Shown here piece after piece: positions 41,707 to 50,782 of a stretch of 64,000 bases of DNA (its first letter is position 1; the number at the start of each line of letters is the position of its first letter). Location: the IMG/VR virus record IMGVR_UViG_3300045988_078601, positions 111,873 to 175,872 of that record; one strand, written 5' to 3'. This DNA comes from a virus. The notes beneath the pieces were generated by a model that made no database searches, had not been told where the DNA came from, and saw nothing but the letters and a program-made list of their open reading frames with translations. Made by a program: the position numbers and the translations under genes.

Positions 41707-42531
41707 TCATTTCCTTCCTTCCTGTTCATTTAAAATTGCCTGTAATTTTCTATTATATTCTACTTTTCGTAATAGTTCAGAACGTTCAATTTCTTGCTGC
41801 CTCAAAAATTCTCTTCTTTTCTTTCTTCTAGAATCTCTAAGTTCCGCCATATATTTTATATGAGCTTTACTATAGCGATAGAGAATCTTATAATTAATAT
41901 CCTGAACTCCCCTAATCATATTTCTTATAAAACACTGCGGATATGGCATATTGTAGTCTTCTATAAGAGAGATGTTGATAGCATTTTTAACTCTAGCTCC
42001 TAAGCCCTCTGACATTTTATAGCCATCTAATATCTTATTATACATTATTTTACCAAACGAAACCTTGATTCGGTCAAGAGCCTTAGGAAATCTAAACAGT
42101 TCTTTTAAATTTACTATATAGTAGGGCTTCGATTCTGATATAGGAATCTTTACTAAGTTCGATGATCTTTGCCCTAGCTTATAACAAGTAATCACCTTAT
42201 CTTCAGTTAGGTAGAAGTGCTTACGACTACGAGGATTGTACATAGAATCAATAGAGTCTTTAAATTCATTTCTAAACTTTAGATTCTTTTTTCTACGAAA
42301 TCTCTTACAGATTTTAGAGTAAACATCATCAAAATTCTTTCCAACAGAAGCCTCTAAGAGTTTATTAATGTAGTCATAGGACTCCTTATCATAATGATAA
42401 TAATGTTTATTACCCCTGCGAGAGGTTTTACTGCGCTTATCTGTAACTCTAATACTTGCATGAGTAGGAGAGCTACAATCTTCCCAATCCTTATAGTTAT
42501 TAGGAAGATGAGGATAAAAAGTCACCATCAT
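41707..42531 (-). CDS. hypothetical basic protein
   Basis: 274 aa, Lys/Arg-rich. Confidence 0.3.
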   Translation of the reverse strand: MMVTFYPHLPNNYKDWEDCSSPTHASIRVTDKRSKTSRRGNKHYYHYDKESYDYINKLLEASVGKNFDDVYSKICKRFRRKKNLKFRNEFKDSIDSMYNPRSRKHFYLTEDKVITCYKLGQRSSNLVKIPISESKPYYIVNLKELFRFPKALDRIKVSFGKIMYNKILDGYKMSEGLGARVKNAINISLIEDYNMPYPQCFIRNMIRGVQDINYKILYRYSKAHIKYMAELRDSRRKKRREFLRQQEIERSELLRKVEYNRKLQAILNEQEGRK

Positions 42532-42725
42532 ATCAAACTTTATAAATTATGTGTAAATCTACTACTGAATCATCTTCTAAGATGACTGCAGCTTGTTTCT
42601 CAGTATATGGGTTAACAGTAAGGTCTTTTACAGTTGCTGTCTTAAACCCACATTTGAAGGGCTTTCCGCTATACTTGCGGACTTTGTCCCCAGGTTTTAA
42701 TGTGCTCATATTATAAGATATATAG

Positions 42726-42810
42726 TAGCGAGGACGGGGATCGAACCCGCACGGGCGCAATGCCCAAGGGATTTTAAGTCCCTCGTGTCTACCAATTCCA
42801 CCACCTCGCC
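42726..42810 (-). tRNA. tRNA-Leu (anticodon TAA), type II
   Basis: Minus-strand cloverleaf: AATTGGTAGA D-loop, anticodon loop CTTAAAA, long variable arm, T-loop GGTTCGATCC, acceptor GGCGAGG/CCTCGCT. Confidence 0.8.
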
Positions 42811-43064
42811 ATCCAAAGATAGTTATTTTCTCATTAATTTACTTATATAATTGGCATCGAAATACTTGGAGCAAATTATCTTCCAATCACTAATGTCGTA
42901 CTTATTAACAATTTCGTTAGGATGTGGAATAGTATAGTCCAACATATCGACTAGAGATTGAATATTTCTAACTGCCTGATTCTGCCGATGTCTAATAGCT
43001 TTATTATACCATCTACCAGTATGATCCTTTACAATAGCTTTTTTCTTTCTACTCCTGCTCATAA

Positions 43065-43571
43065 TTACCAATCAGTTGACAATGCAAGTTTAATATTTTC
43101 TTCACCTAATATTTCAATAGCCTGTTGTGCAAGTGAATAATCGCTGAAATATACGATACTACCAGGATTTGAGTTAAGAACAGTACCTACTCTTTCTATA
43201 GAAATAAGATCAGTAGCATCAATACAGATATAATATTTAGAATCATTCTCACTATTCCAATTAGGTTGCCAACCCTTATTAAGATATTTAGCAACATTCA
43301 TTAACTTAATAATAGCAAGAAGCTTTTCTACTTGTCTCTCAGAAGTACAATTATTTGCAATAGTTCTGTTATCATATGGAATCATAGCATCAAAATTATC
43401 CTCTCTTTTGCAAATCCATCCTGAATCACCCATATAATACATAGTCCTGTTCAAAAACAATTGTTTATATACTTCATCAAGAGAAAGTTTTTTCCTAAAT
43501 CTTATTTCTCCATCTTCTATATAGGGTTCCATTCCTTCAGGAACTCGTATTTTAACTCCGTTTATTTCCAT
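43065..43571 (-). CDS. hypothetical protein
   Basis: 168-aa ORF. Confidence 0.3.
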   Translation of the reverse strand: MEINGVKIRVPEGMEPYIEDGEIRFRKKLSLDEVYKQLFLNRTMYYMGDSGWICKREDNFDAMIPYDNRTIANNCTSERQVEKLLAIIKLMNVAKYLNKGWQPNWNSENDSKYYICIDATDLISIERVGTVLNSNPGSIVYFSDYSLAQQAIEILGEENIKLALSTDW

Positions 43572-43572
43572 A

Positions 43573-44013
43573 TTAATTACTATTAGTGTTCAAATAATTG
43601 TTTTCTGCAACCCAGCACAACATTCTGTATGCTGTTTCAGTTAAATCATCACTCATATATTCCCCATACCATACCTCAATTCCATATCCGTCAGTTCTTC
43701 CGTATAAGATTTTCTCTCTTTCATAATCAATACACAAATTAGCATAGTATCCAGATTGTTCATCGTATATGTATTTGGGTAACAGATTTAGAATATCATT
43801 TAAAATAAATGCTGGCATAGTTTCTACTATGTCCAAACCTGTATGCATCTGTTCTTTATGTGTACTTAAGAACCAATCCACCATAACTTTTTCTTTCTTA
43901 GTTGGAGGGCACGCAGGTCGCACAATTCTACACCACCACATACTTGCCTTACTTAAGTCAACACCTAATTCCTTTAGATGTTTCATTTGCTCTACAGATA
44001 GTGCTAATTCCAT
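43573..44013 (-). CDS. hypothetical protein (start trimmed to avoid tRNA)
   Basis: ORF 43573..44061; internal Met at 44013 avoids overlap with tRNA 44044..44118. Confidence 0.3.
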   Translation of the reverse strand: MELALSVEQMKHLKELGVDLSKASMWWCRIVRPACPPTKKEKVMVDWFLSTHKEQMHTGLDIVETMPAFILNDILNLLPKYIYDEQSGYYANLCIDYEREKILYGRTDGYGIEVWYGEYMSDDLTETAYRMLCWVAENNYLNTNSN

Positions 44014-44043
44014 AATTAATTTTTTTTTTATTGTGGCAACAGA

Positions 44044-44118
44044 CAGATTCGAACTGTCCACCTTAGGGTTATGATTCCTACGCTCTAACCAAACTGAGCT
44101 ATGTTGCCAAAAGAGGTA
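44044..44118 (-). tRNA. tRNA with anticodon CAT (Met or lysidine-Ile)
   Basis: Acceptor GGCAACA/TGTTGCC, D-arm GCTCAGTTTGGTTAGAGC, anticodon loop ATCATAA, T-arm GACAGTTCGAATCTGTC. Confidence 0.8.
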
Positions 44119-44147
44119 AGGTACGTAAGTACCTGTACCTCATATTT

Positions 44148-45269
44148 TTAGAGTGCTAAACCTCCTCTATACAAGGAAGGACGACTTTCAAGGTTAAGAA
44201 TCTTGAAGTAGTTCTTACCAGAATCGTTCTCCGTTATGATAATTCCATCTTTGTTAAGTGGCTCCACAACAGTTCCATAACCACCGAAAGACTCTCCAAC
44301 TTGCAAGAACTCAACTGACGTAGGAGAGTTAATCCTTCTAGTGTAGATGTCCAAATCATCCTCATCCAGAGTATACTCTTCGCCATCTGAATTCTTCTCT
44401 TTTGTGCCAACTTTAGCAAGAGTTTCCTTAAAGATGTCTACGGAGTTCTCCTCGTTATAGTAATAGCAAACCATCTTGGCGGTATAAGAATACTTAGCTT
44501 GCTCAACATTGATGAATTGCTTGAACTCAGAAACAGGACAGTTATGAATGTTAACTTCCTCTACAATACATTTCAAAATATCGATAGTTGATATAGCCAA
44601 GGAGTCAATAAATTCAAGGATTTCCTGAGTTCTACTCTTGTCCACCAAACAATCATCGAGATATTCCATAACGACTTCTGACGGAAGATTTCCAAAGGAT
44701 TTCTTATAACGAATTCTTGAGGGTCTTCCAATAAAGTTTTCATTGATATACAACTTGTTAGTTGTCAATATGAATACTCTACGATGTTGGCTATTGAAGA
44801 CTCCGTCCATGATAGACAACAACTCCAAATCGTGGCCCTTATCAGTGTTAAAATTCTTTTCAAACTCGTCAAAGAACAAGACGCACGGACAATTTATCTT
44901 GGAAATAAAGTCTGCAAGACCGGGATAAGGAGCATTGATAATAATTACAGGAAGCTTCGTTTCATTCGCAATAATCTTAGCAGTAATAGTCTTACCTGTG
45001 CCCTTGACACCATTAAACAGAATTCCTAAATTTCTTGAGGTATTCTCGAAAGTCTTCATTATATGCTTAATGAGTTTCGATTCCATACCATAAACCTTGA
45101 AATCAAAATGAAACTCATCTGCAAAGTCTTCCAAGAATATTTCATTACGATCAGAATCGTAGTTCATTGTATACACTCTTTTGCTAAGAGCGTCTAATAC
45201 TTGGATATTGCTATCCACTTGCTTAAGTACTCTACCGTTCCTAAGCCAAACAATACTTGGATTTTCCAT
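44148..45269 (-). CDS. classical AAA+ ATPase
   Basis: Walker A GVKGTGKT, Walker B VLFFDEFE, sensor-1 ILTTN, Arg finger RPSR; 373 aa. Confidence 0.75.
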   Translation of the reverse strand: MENPSIVWLRNGRVLKQVDSNIQVLDALSKRVYTMNYDSDRNEIFLEDFADEFHFDFKVYGMESKLIKHIMKTFENTSRNLGILFNGVKGTGKTITAKIIANETKLPVIIINAPYPGLADFISKINCPCVLFFDEFEKNFNTDKGHDLELLSIMDGVFNSQHRRVFILTTNKLYINENFIGRPSRIRYKKSFGNLPSEVVMEYLDDCLVDKSRTQEILEFIDSLAISTIDILKCIVEEVNIHNCPVSEFKQFINVEQAKYSYTAKMVCYYYNEENSVDIFKETLAKVGTKEKNSDGEEYTLDEDDLDIYTRRINSPTSVEFLQVGESFGGYGTVVEPLNKDGIIITENDSGKNYFKILNLESRPSLYRGGLAL

Positions 45270-45270
45270 A

Positions 45271-46218
45271 TTATAAATCTAAAAATGCTTTAACGTATTT
45301 ATTATTAGTGTCGAGGTTAGACCTCATTCCATTCTGAAGGATTACAAGATCATCTGCATTCATACCCTTAATAAGACAGATTCTTAATATGTCCTTCAGG
45401 GGCATACTGCCATTTAAAACAGTTATAGAACCCAGACCTCTATAAGAGAAGATTGACTTAATGCCAGCATCTTTCGTAAGTGCTCTAAACGTATGACAGA
45501 ATTCAAGAAGTTCTTTATCTCCTTTAGTTATGTTCTCCTCTATTCTTGGAGAGTAAGAGACAGTAACAATATTGAATCGGTCAAGAGAGGCTCCGTCAAG
45601 ACAATATCTTCCAGAATAGACATGGTCTGCACCAGTTCCAAAGGTATTTCCAGCTGCGATGAGTCTAAAGTCCTTATGAGCTTCTATCTTCCCAGTAGGG
45701 AAGTCAAAATATCTATTAGCAATAGCAGCATTAAGAATAACTAAGACTTCTGGAATAGAAGCATCTAATTCATCTAGGAAGAATAATCCTCCGTTCTTGA
45801 ATGCTTTATAAAATTGAGTTTCATGGTATATACCATTTGCATCAATAAAGCCAGTAAGCTTATATTCCTGAGTTATAGCATTAGTGAAATAAAATTCGAG
45901 TCCCAATGCCTCAGCTATCTGCTTACAGATAACATTCTTTCCAGTTCCAGCCTCACCACTTAAATATACAGGTAAGTCTAGAGAGACTAATTTAAGAACA
46001 GTTTTGAATTTCTCATGAAAAATTCCTGTAACTTTATGCGTAATTGGGCCTTGTTTTACCTCTACCACTTGGGGAAGGGGTCCATAGGTTTCCAAAATAT
46101 GCTTTTTCACTACAGGAACAACCTCATTATACACTTTGTCAACACACGTAGATATTACGGTGCTGTTAACTGCCGAGTCTATTAATTCGACCAGTTCTTT
46201 TACTCTATCTTCTTGCAT
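45271..46218 (-). CDS. AAA_5/MoxR-like ATPase
   Basis: Walker A LSGEAGTGKN, Walker B LFFLDELD, IAAGNT sensor; 315 aa. Confidence 0.7.
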   Translation of the reverse strand: MQEDRVKELVELIDSAVNSTVISTCVDKVYNEVVPVVKKHILETYGPLPQVVEVKQGPITHKVTGIFHEKFKTVLKLVSLDLPVYLSGEAGTGKNVICKQIAEALGLEFYFTNAITQEYKLTGFIDANGIYHETQFYKAFKNGGLFFLDELDASIPEVLVILNAAIANRYFDFPTGKIEAHKDFRLIAAGNTFGTGADHVYSGRYCLDGASLDRFNIVTVSYSPRIEENITKGDKELLEFCHTFRALTKDAGIKSIFSYRGLGSITVLNGSMPLKDILRICLIKGMNADDLVILQNGMRSNLDTNNKYVKAFLDL

Positions 46219-47365
46219 TTTCTTTTATATATGCTACTATTTGTTTAACATTAAAATCCATTTTTCCACGAATTAACTCTAGAGTGAGCACAACCGTATT
46301 AGGTTTATTGCCTAGCATCTCCTGGGATAGCATATGAGAAGGTGAACTACCATATCCAGAAGCAAAGTAATCGTTCTTAAGACCTGGTACCGTTTCTAGG
46401 AACCTAAATCCAATACGTCTTAGCATAGACGGATGAGCTATAGGGAAACATAGCTTTTTCAAATCCAATCTATCCTTATAATCCTTTAATTGCACAGTAC
46501 CTAGAACAGCTTCTCCTCTCGCATAACCAGAATACATAGAGCAGCTTAAGCTAATAGATACTCCAGAATTTTCAAGCAATTGTATTGCTGAAAGCATGGA
46601 GATACCTGCCTTAACGAAGTCCTCCCTAGCTACATGCCAAGGACCTTGAGGAAAATAAATTATATCAACGGTTTTTACTTTTTGAATTTCTCTAGTACGG
46701 TCATCCATAGAATGTGGTAACCCCATCAAATACTTTGGTACATTTGGAGAACTACCTACTACAGAGGACAGTGGTTTACTTTTAGTGTCAAGAAATAATT
46801 CTTTGAACTTGTTTACATTCTCAGCTATTCCTTGCTTAATTTTAGGCAATATACTAACATACCCATTTCTGAATAGATTAACTGCCTCATCATAACTACT
46901 AGTTCCGCTAAACTCTGATCTTTCAGAATTAGAGCTAGTGGATTCTCTCATAGCTTGATTATTGTCTCTATGATTCAGACATGATAACAGTTCATCTATT
47001 GAGTGGAAATGTTCGTGTATAATCTTTTTGAATTTACTAGTGTTATAAACTCTAATAAATCCTTGTGTCCCAGCTTTGGAGAAAGTATTACCTAAAAGTT
47101 TGGAATTTATTTCTTCAGGAACTACCTCTTCGTCCTCATCTTCCTTGTCTTTTGTATCGGAAACTCTAGGAGTCTCAGGAATAGGGATTGGCTCTGGAAC
47201 TACTTCGGGCTTAGGTTCTGGAGTAGGTTCTGGAATAGGTTCAGGTTCTTCAGGTTCTTCAGGTTTCTCCTCCTTTTCTTCTACGGTAACATTTTTCTCT
47301 CTTTGGAATAGCCTTCTTAGCCACTTCCAAAAAGTTTTTAAAAAAAGAATCTTCACTTTAATCAT
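46205..47365 (-). CDS. hypothetical protein with Pro/Glu-rich low-complexity N-terminal linker
   Basis: EEKEEKPEEPEEPEPIPEPTPEPKPEVVPEP repeat region then ~280-aa globular part; overlaps AAA_5 gene by 14 nt. Confidence 0.35.
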   Translation of the reverse strand: MIKVKILFLKTFWKWLRRLFQREKNVTVEEKEEKPEEPEEPEPIPEPTPEPKPEVVPEPIPIPETPRVSDTKDKEDEDEEVVPEEINSKLLGNTFSKAGTQGFIRVYNTSKFKKIIHEHFHSIDELLSCLNHRDNNQAMRESTSSNSERSEFSGTSSYDEAVNLFRNGYVSILPKIKQGIAENVNKFKELFLDTKSKPLSSVVGSSPNVPKYLMGLPHSMDDRTREIQKVKTVDIIYFPQGPWHVAREDFVKAGISMLSAIQLLENSGVSISLSCSMYSGYARGEAVLGTVQLKDYKDRLDLKKLCFPIAHPSMLRRIGFRFLETVPGLKNDYFASGYGSSPSHMLSQEMLGNKPNTVVLTLELIRGKMDFNVKQIVAYIKENARR

Positions 47366-47389
47366 TTATCTAAATTTTCTAAAGGTTAG

Positions 47390-47471
47390 TAGGGTAGGTG
47401 GGACTCGAACCCACACGTCCGAAGACGACAGATCCTAAATCTGTTGCGGCTGCCAATTACGCCACTACCCC
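47390..47471 (-). tRNA. tRNA-Leu (anticodon TAG), type II
   Basis: Anticodon stem-loop ACAGA-TTTAGGA-TCTGT, variable arm CGTCTTCGGACG, T-arm GTGGGTTCGAGTCCCAC, acceptor GGGGTAG/CTACCCT. Confidence 0.8.
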
Positions 47472-47646
47472 ATAAATCAGAACACTTTACTAGTTTTAGT
47501 ATGATAGTCCTCCGAAACTAGTACAGAGCAAGCCACTTTATTTACCATCAAAAGAGCAGTAGGGATACATTAACCATCAGTATCTTTGGACTAGACCAGC
47601 TAGCTTCTAATTAATAATAATTGTAATAATATGCATAAATAAAATT

Positions 47647-47667
47647 TTTGCTGTGAGTGTTCTTATT
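47647..47667 (-). promoter_or_regulatory. conserved motif copy 1 (plus-strand TTTGCTGTGAGTGTTCTTATT)
   Basis: One of 5 related copies; ~175 nt upstream (minus sense) of tRNA-Leu(TAG). Confidence 0.3.
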
Positions 47668-47680
47668 AATATGATACAAT

Positions 47681-47968
47681 TCACGTATTAAATCCGTAAC
47701 CGAAGCCAAGTTTAGTAACAATATGCCTTCCAACTTGACCTATTTTCTTTCGTAGTCTTGATACAGTAGTATCAATAGCTCTTAAGGATACCTCAGTATC
47801 CCACACACTTTGCATAATCTCTTTTCTGGTGTAGATTTTATTTCTATGACTTAGAAGAAAGACTAGCAAATTATACTCAGTCTTAGTAAGACTAACTTCC
47901 TTGCCATCTAAGTAACATTCCTTCTTGTCAAGGTCTATTATTAGGGTTTCAAATTCAATTCTATTCAT
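47681..47968 (-). CDS. winged-helix DNA-binding protein (OmpR/PhoB trans_reg_C-like)
   Basis: LTKTEYNLLVFLLSHRNKIYTRKEIMQSVWD...TVSRLRKKIG matches the trans_reg_C fold pattern; no receiver domain. Confidence 0.65.
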   Translation of the reverse strand: MNRIEFETLIIDLDKKECYLDGKEVSLTKTEYNLLVFLLSHRNKIYTRKEIMQSVWDTEVSLRAIDTTVSRLRKKIGQVGRHIVTKLGFGYGFNT

Positions 47969-47983
47969 ATTTTTAATATTTTG

Positions 47984-48055
47984 TCTCTCCTTCCAGATTC
48001 GAACTGGAATTATCTGTTTAGAAGACAGAGGTTCTATCCATTGAACTAAGGAGAG
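47984..48055 (-). tRNA. tRNA-Arg (anticodon TCT)
   Basis: Acceptor CTCTCCT/AGGAGAG, anticodon loop CTTCTAA, T-arm TCCAGTTCGAATCTGGA. Confidence 0.8.
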
Positions 48056-48143
48056 GAAAAGGACAATTTAGTTTTTCAGGTCGTTTCGGACTCTCTGCGA
48101 AAAGTTTTATAGTGCTATACGCTTAACCACTCGTCCTTTTAGC

Positions 48144-48218
48144 AGAACACTTACTCTTAGGATTCGAACCTTACCTCTCAGTTAGGAACTGAGTGTGCTA
48201 CCATTACACCACATGTTC
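48144..48218 (-). tRNA. tRNA-like gene, possible tRNA-Arg (anticodon CCT) with irregular T-arm/acceptor geometry
   Basis: D-loop TAATGGTAG, anticodon stem-loop CTCAG-TTCCTAA-CTGAG, T-loop TTCGAATCC, but 3 extra nt between T-arm and acceptor and a G:A mismatch in acceptor. Confidence 0.4.
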
Positions 48219-48248
48219 TATAAAATGGCGAACAATAGAAAGTAAAGA

Positions 48249-48270
48249 TTTTGCTGTATGTGTTCTTGTA
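48249..48270 (-). promoter_or_regulatory. conserved motif copy 2 (TTTTGCTGTATGTGTTCTTGTA)
   Basis: ~30 nt upstream (minus sense) of the tRNA-Arg(CCT)-like gene. Confidence 0.3.
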
Positions 48271-48337
48271 GCTTGTAAATATAAGTACTCTTTCTAACTT
48301 GTCAAAGTTAAAAAGTGTTAAGCTTATGTCTTAAAGA

Positions 48338-50263
48338 TTACTTCACTTCTTCAAAGTGTTCCTCACCTTCAGAAACTTCCGGTTGTTTAGGCTTGTTCTC
48401 GATTTGTTTTCCTCCAAACATATCTTTTACAGTGTCTGCAATTGGGATAGAACGGAGCAAATCAAGAGCAGGATTCAAGTTTTCTGCAGTCTTAGCCATA
48501 AAGTTACCGGCAGTATTTTCGTTACCATATACAGTAACCTGTCCAAGATGGATGTGTTCAAACATCTTAGCAGAAGCATCAGCAATACCGGATAACTGGT
48601 CAACTGTCTTATACTGCACAATCATCTGAGGTGTCATACCAGAATCAATCATCTTCTCAATAGCCAATGCAGGGGCCATCTCAATAGCCTGTACTTTATC
48701 AGCTTCAGCCATCAAAGATGCTCTCTTACCTTCAGCCTCAGCCAGAAGTTTCTTACGAGTACCCTCGGCTTCTGCTTCCAACTGCATCTTTGTAGCATTT
48801 GCTTTTGCTTCAGCCTCCTTAGTAATCTCAGCTGCCTTAGCTTCTGCCTCAAGAATAGCTTTCTGCTTGATTGCTTCAGCTTCAATTGTTACTTTCTCCT
48901 TCTGCTTCTGAGCAGGAACAATCACCTCTGCAGTCAATTTAGCTTCAGCAGCCAATGCTGCAGCCTCATTTACTTCAACTTGTCTTTCCTGCTTAGTCTT
49001 CTCAATAGCCATCTGAGCTTCAACTTTAGAAGTACCTGCAATCTTCTCAGCTTCTGCCTCAGCTTGAGCTGCCTCTCCTCTTGCTTTAGATACTTCAATA
49101 GTAGCTTTCTGTTCAGCTACCCCAGCCGCCTTATCAGCTTCTGCAGCTCTCTGACGCTTCTGTGATTCATATTCAGCTACTTTAGCTTGCTGTTCATTAA
49201 CAGCTTTCTGAGTTTCAGCCTCTTGTTCTTGCTCAGCCTTAGCCATACGAATCTGTTTCTGAGCTTCAGCTTCTGCTTGAGCTGACAATGCCTCAGCTTC
49301 TGACTTAGCAACAGATGCTACAGCCTCAGCTTTACGAGCTGCTGTTGCTGACTCTGCTGCAGCCTGAGCCTTAGCAATGTTAGCTTCCTTTTCAGCCTGT
49401 TGTTCAGCGACTCCGGACTCCTTAACCTTTTCAGCCTCAGCCAATTTAATTTGCTTCTCCTGCTCAATCTCAGCTACACGAACTTCTTGTTCCTGCTTGG
49501 TCTGAGCTACCTGAGTTGCACGAGCTTTTTCTGCATCTGCTACAGCAATTTCTTTCTCCTTAATAGTCTCTGCAATTCGGATCTGTCCTTTCTTTTCCTC
49601 TTCAGCAATATCAGCCTCTGCTTGAGCTTGTGCTTCAGTAGCGGCTTTCTTACCAAGATTCTTGATATAGTTAGCATCATCCGAAATGTCAGCATTATTA
49701 ATATTGATAATACTGAAACCAATCTTATTCAATTCAGTTTCAATATTCTCTTTTGCTTTACCTAAGAACTTAACACGGTCAGAGTTAATTTCCTCAATGG
49801 TCATAGTAGCCATCAAACTACGCATTTCACCAATAAGGATATCCTTAATCTGTTCCGATATTTCGTTAGGGGAAGCAGTCAAGAAACGACTGGCAGCATT
49901 TTGCATAAGTTCATCAGTAGTACCAATACCAGTAGTTAGAGTTACAGGAATCGTTACTTTAATCATCTGACTTGATACACCAATAACCGATGTTTGAATT
50001 TGAATCGGTTTAAGAGACATTTTTCGCCAGTCTTGAATTATAGGGAATACAAAAGTACCACCTCCATGAATAATCTTAGAAGGAAGAACAACTGTTTCAT
50101 TCTTTCCTGTAGTTGGATTAGTAACAGTTTTCTTACCTGCTTTACCAAATACTACCAAGATTTCATCACTTGCGCAACGACGATAACGTGACATCAAACC
50201 AATTAAGGTCAAAATTACAAGGATTGCTACAATCCCTGCAATAATCAAACTAGAAGTAATCAT
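48338..50263 (-). CDS. SPFH/band-7 (flotillin/YqiK-like) membrane protein with long Ala/Glu-rich coiled coil
   Basis: N-terminal TM IIAGIVAILVILTLIGL, band-7 core, then ~250 aa of AEAEAQ/EKAR heptad-like repeats; 641 aa. Confidence 0.8.
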   Translation of the reverse strand: MITSSLIIAGIVAILVILTLIGLMSRYRRCASDEILVVFGKAGKKTVTNPTTGKNETVVLPSKIIHGGGTFVFPIIQDWRKMSLKPIQIQTSVIGVSSQMIKVTIPVTLTTGIGTTDELMQNAASRFLTASPNEISEQIKDILIGEMRSLMATMTIEEINSDRVKFLGKAKENIETELNKIGFSIININNADISDDANYIKNLGKKAATEAQAQAEADIAEEEKKGQIRIAETIKEKEIAVADAEKARATQVAQTKQEQEVRVAEIEQEKQIKLAEAEKVKESGVAEQQAEKEANIAKAQAAAESATAARKAEAVASVAKSEAEALSAQAEAEAQKQIRMAKAEQEQEAETQKAVNEQQAKVAEYESQKRQRAAEADKAAGVAEQKATIEVSKARGEAAQAEAEAEKIAGTSKVEAQMAIEKTKQERQVEVNEAAALAAEAKLTAEVIVPAQKQKEKVTIEAEAIKQKAILEAEAKAAEITKEAEAKANATKMQLEAEAEGTRKKLLAEAEGKRASLMAEADKVQAIEMAPALAIEKMIDSGMTPQMIVQYKTVDQLSGIADASAKMFEHIHLGQVTVYGNENTAGNFMAKTAENLNPALDLLRSIPIADTVKDMFGGKQIENKPKQPEVSEGEEHFEEVK

Positions 50264-50274
50264 TATAAAATAAA

Positions 50275-50775
50275 TTATTTAGAAATGTAATAAATTCCGT
50301 CTTTATAAGACTTAATAGTTAATATGTCTCCCACCTGAACTTCAGTGTCAGCTTTACATGTAATTTCTGTGTAGTTGGGAGCATCGACTTTACATACACA
50401 GTTTCCGTTAGGTAACGGAACATAGACTATAACAACCTCTCCTACTAAATCAGTCTTGGATTTTGTAGTAGGCTCAGAATTAAACTTCATGCACAGTTTA
50501 TACACGAAGTATAAAATGACCATAAAGATAATTCCTACACCACATGCAAAAGAAATAGTCAATGCTGTGACCTTTCCAGAAAGCATCAACCATCCTGAGA
50601 AACCCATGGCAAAATGAACCAGACCTTTAAAGGATAGGAGGTCGTTAACACTGAAATCTGCTTCACCATCAAAATCTACATCCAAATCGGTTTCTAGGAA
50701 ACCGAAATTGGATAAGATAAATTGAATAATGAAGATACTATAGGATATAATACCTAAGATATAATACCATTCCAT
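50275..50775 (-). CDS. NfeD-like membrane protein (SPFH partner)
   Basis: Multi-TM N-terminus plus C-terminal beta-rich soluble domain; immediately upstream of the SPFH gene as in nfeD-SPFH operons. Confidence 0.6.
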   Translation of the reverse strand: MEWYYILGIISYSIFIIQFILSNFGFLETDLDVDFDGEADFSVNDLLSFKGLVHFAMGFSGWLMLSGKVTALTISFACGVGIIFMVILYFVYKLCMKFNSEPTTKSKTDLVGEVVIVYVPLPNGNCVCKVDAPNYTEITCKADTEVQVGDILTIKSYKDGIYYISK

Positions 50776-50782
50776 GTTAGTG

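Noticed and set aside
42533-42760. Full-length ORFs overlapping tRNAs (42533..42760 with tRNA-Leu; 43573..44061 with tRNA-Met; 58023..58337 with tRNA-His)
   Set aside because: N-terminal extensions run into tRNA genes; internal Met starts (42709, 44013, 58262) remove the overlaps and were used instead
48980-49765. Plus-strand Ser/Leu/Phe-rich ORFs (48980..49165, 49400..49765, 49686..49970)
   Set aside because: Mirror-image artefact of the Ala/Glu-rich coiled-coil repeats of the SPFH gene on the opposite strand
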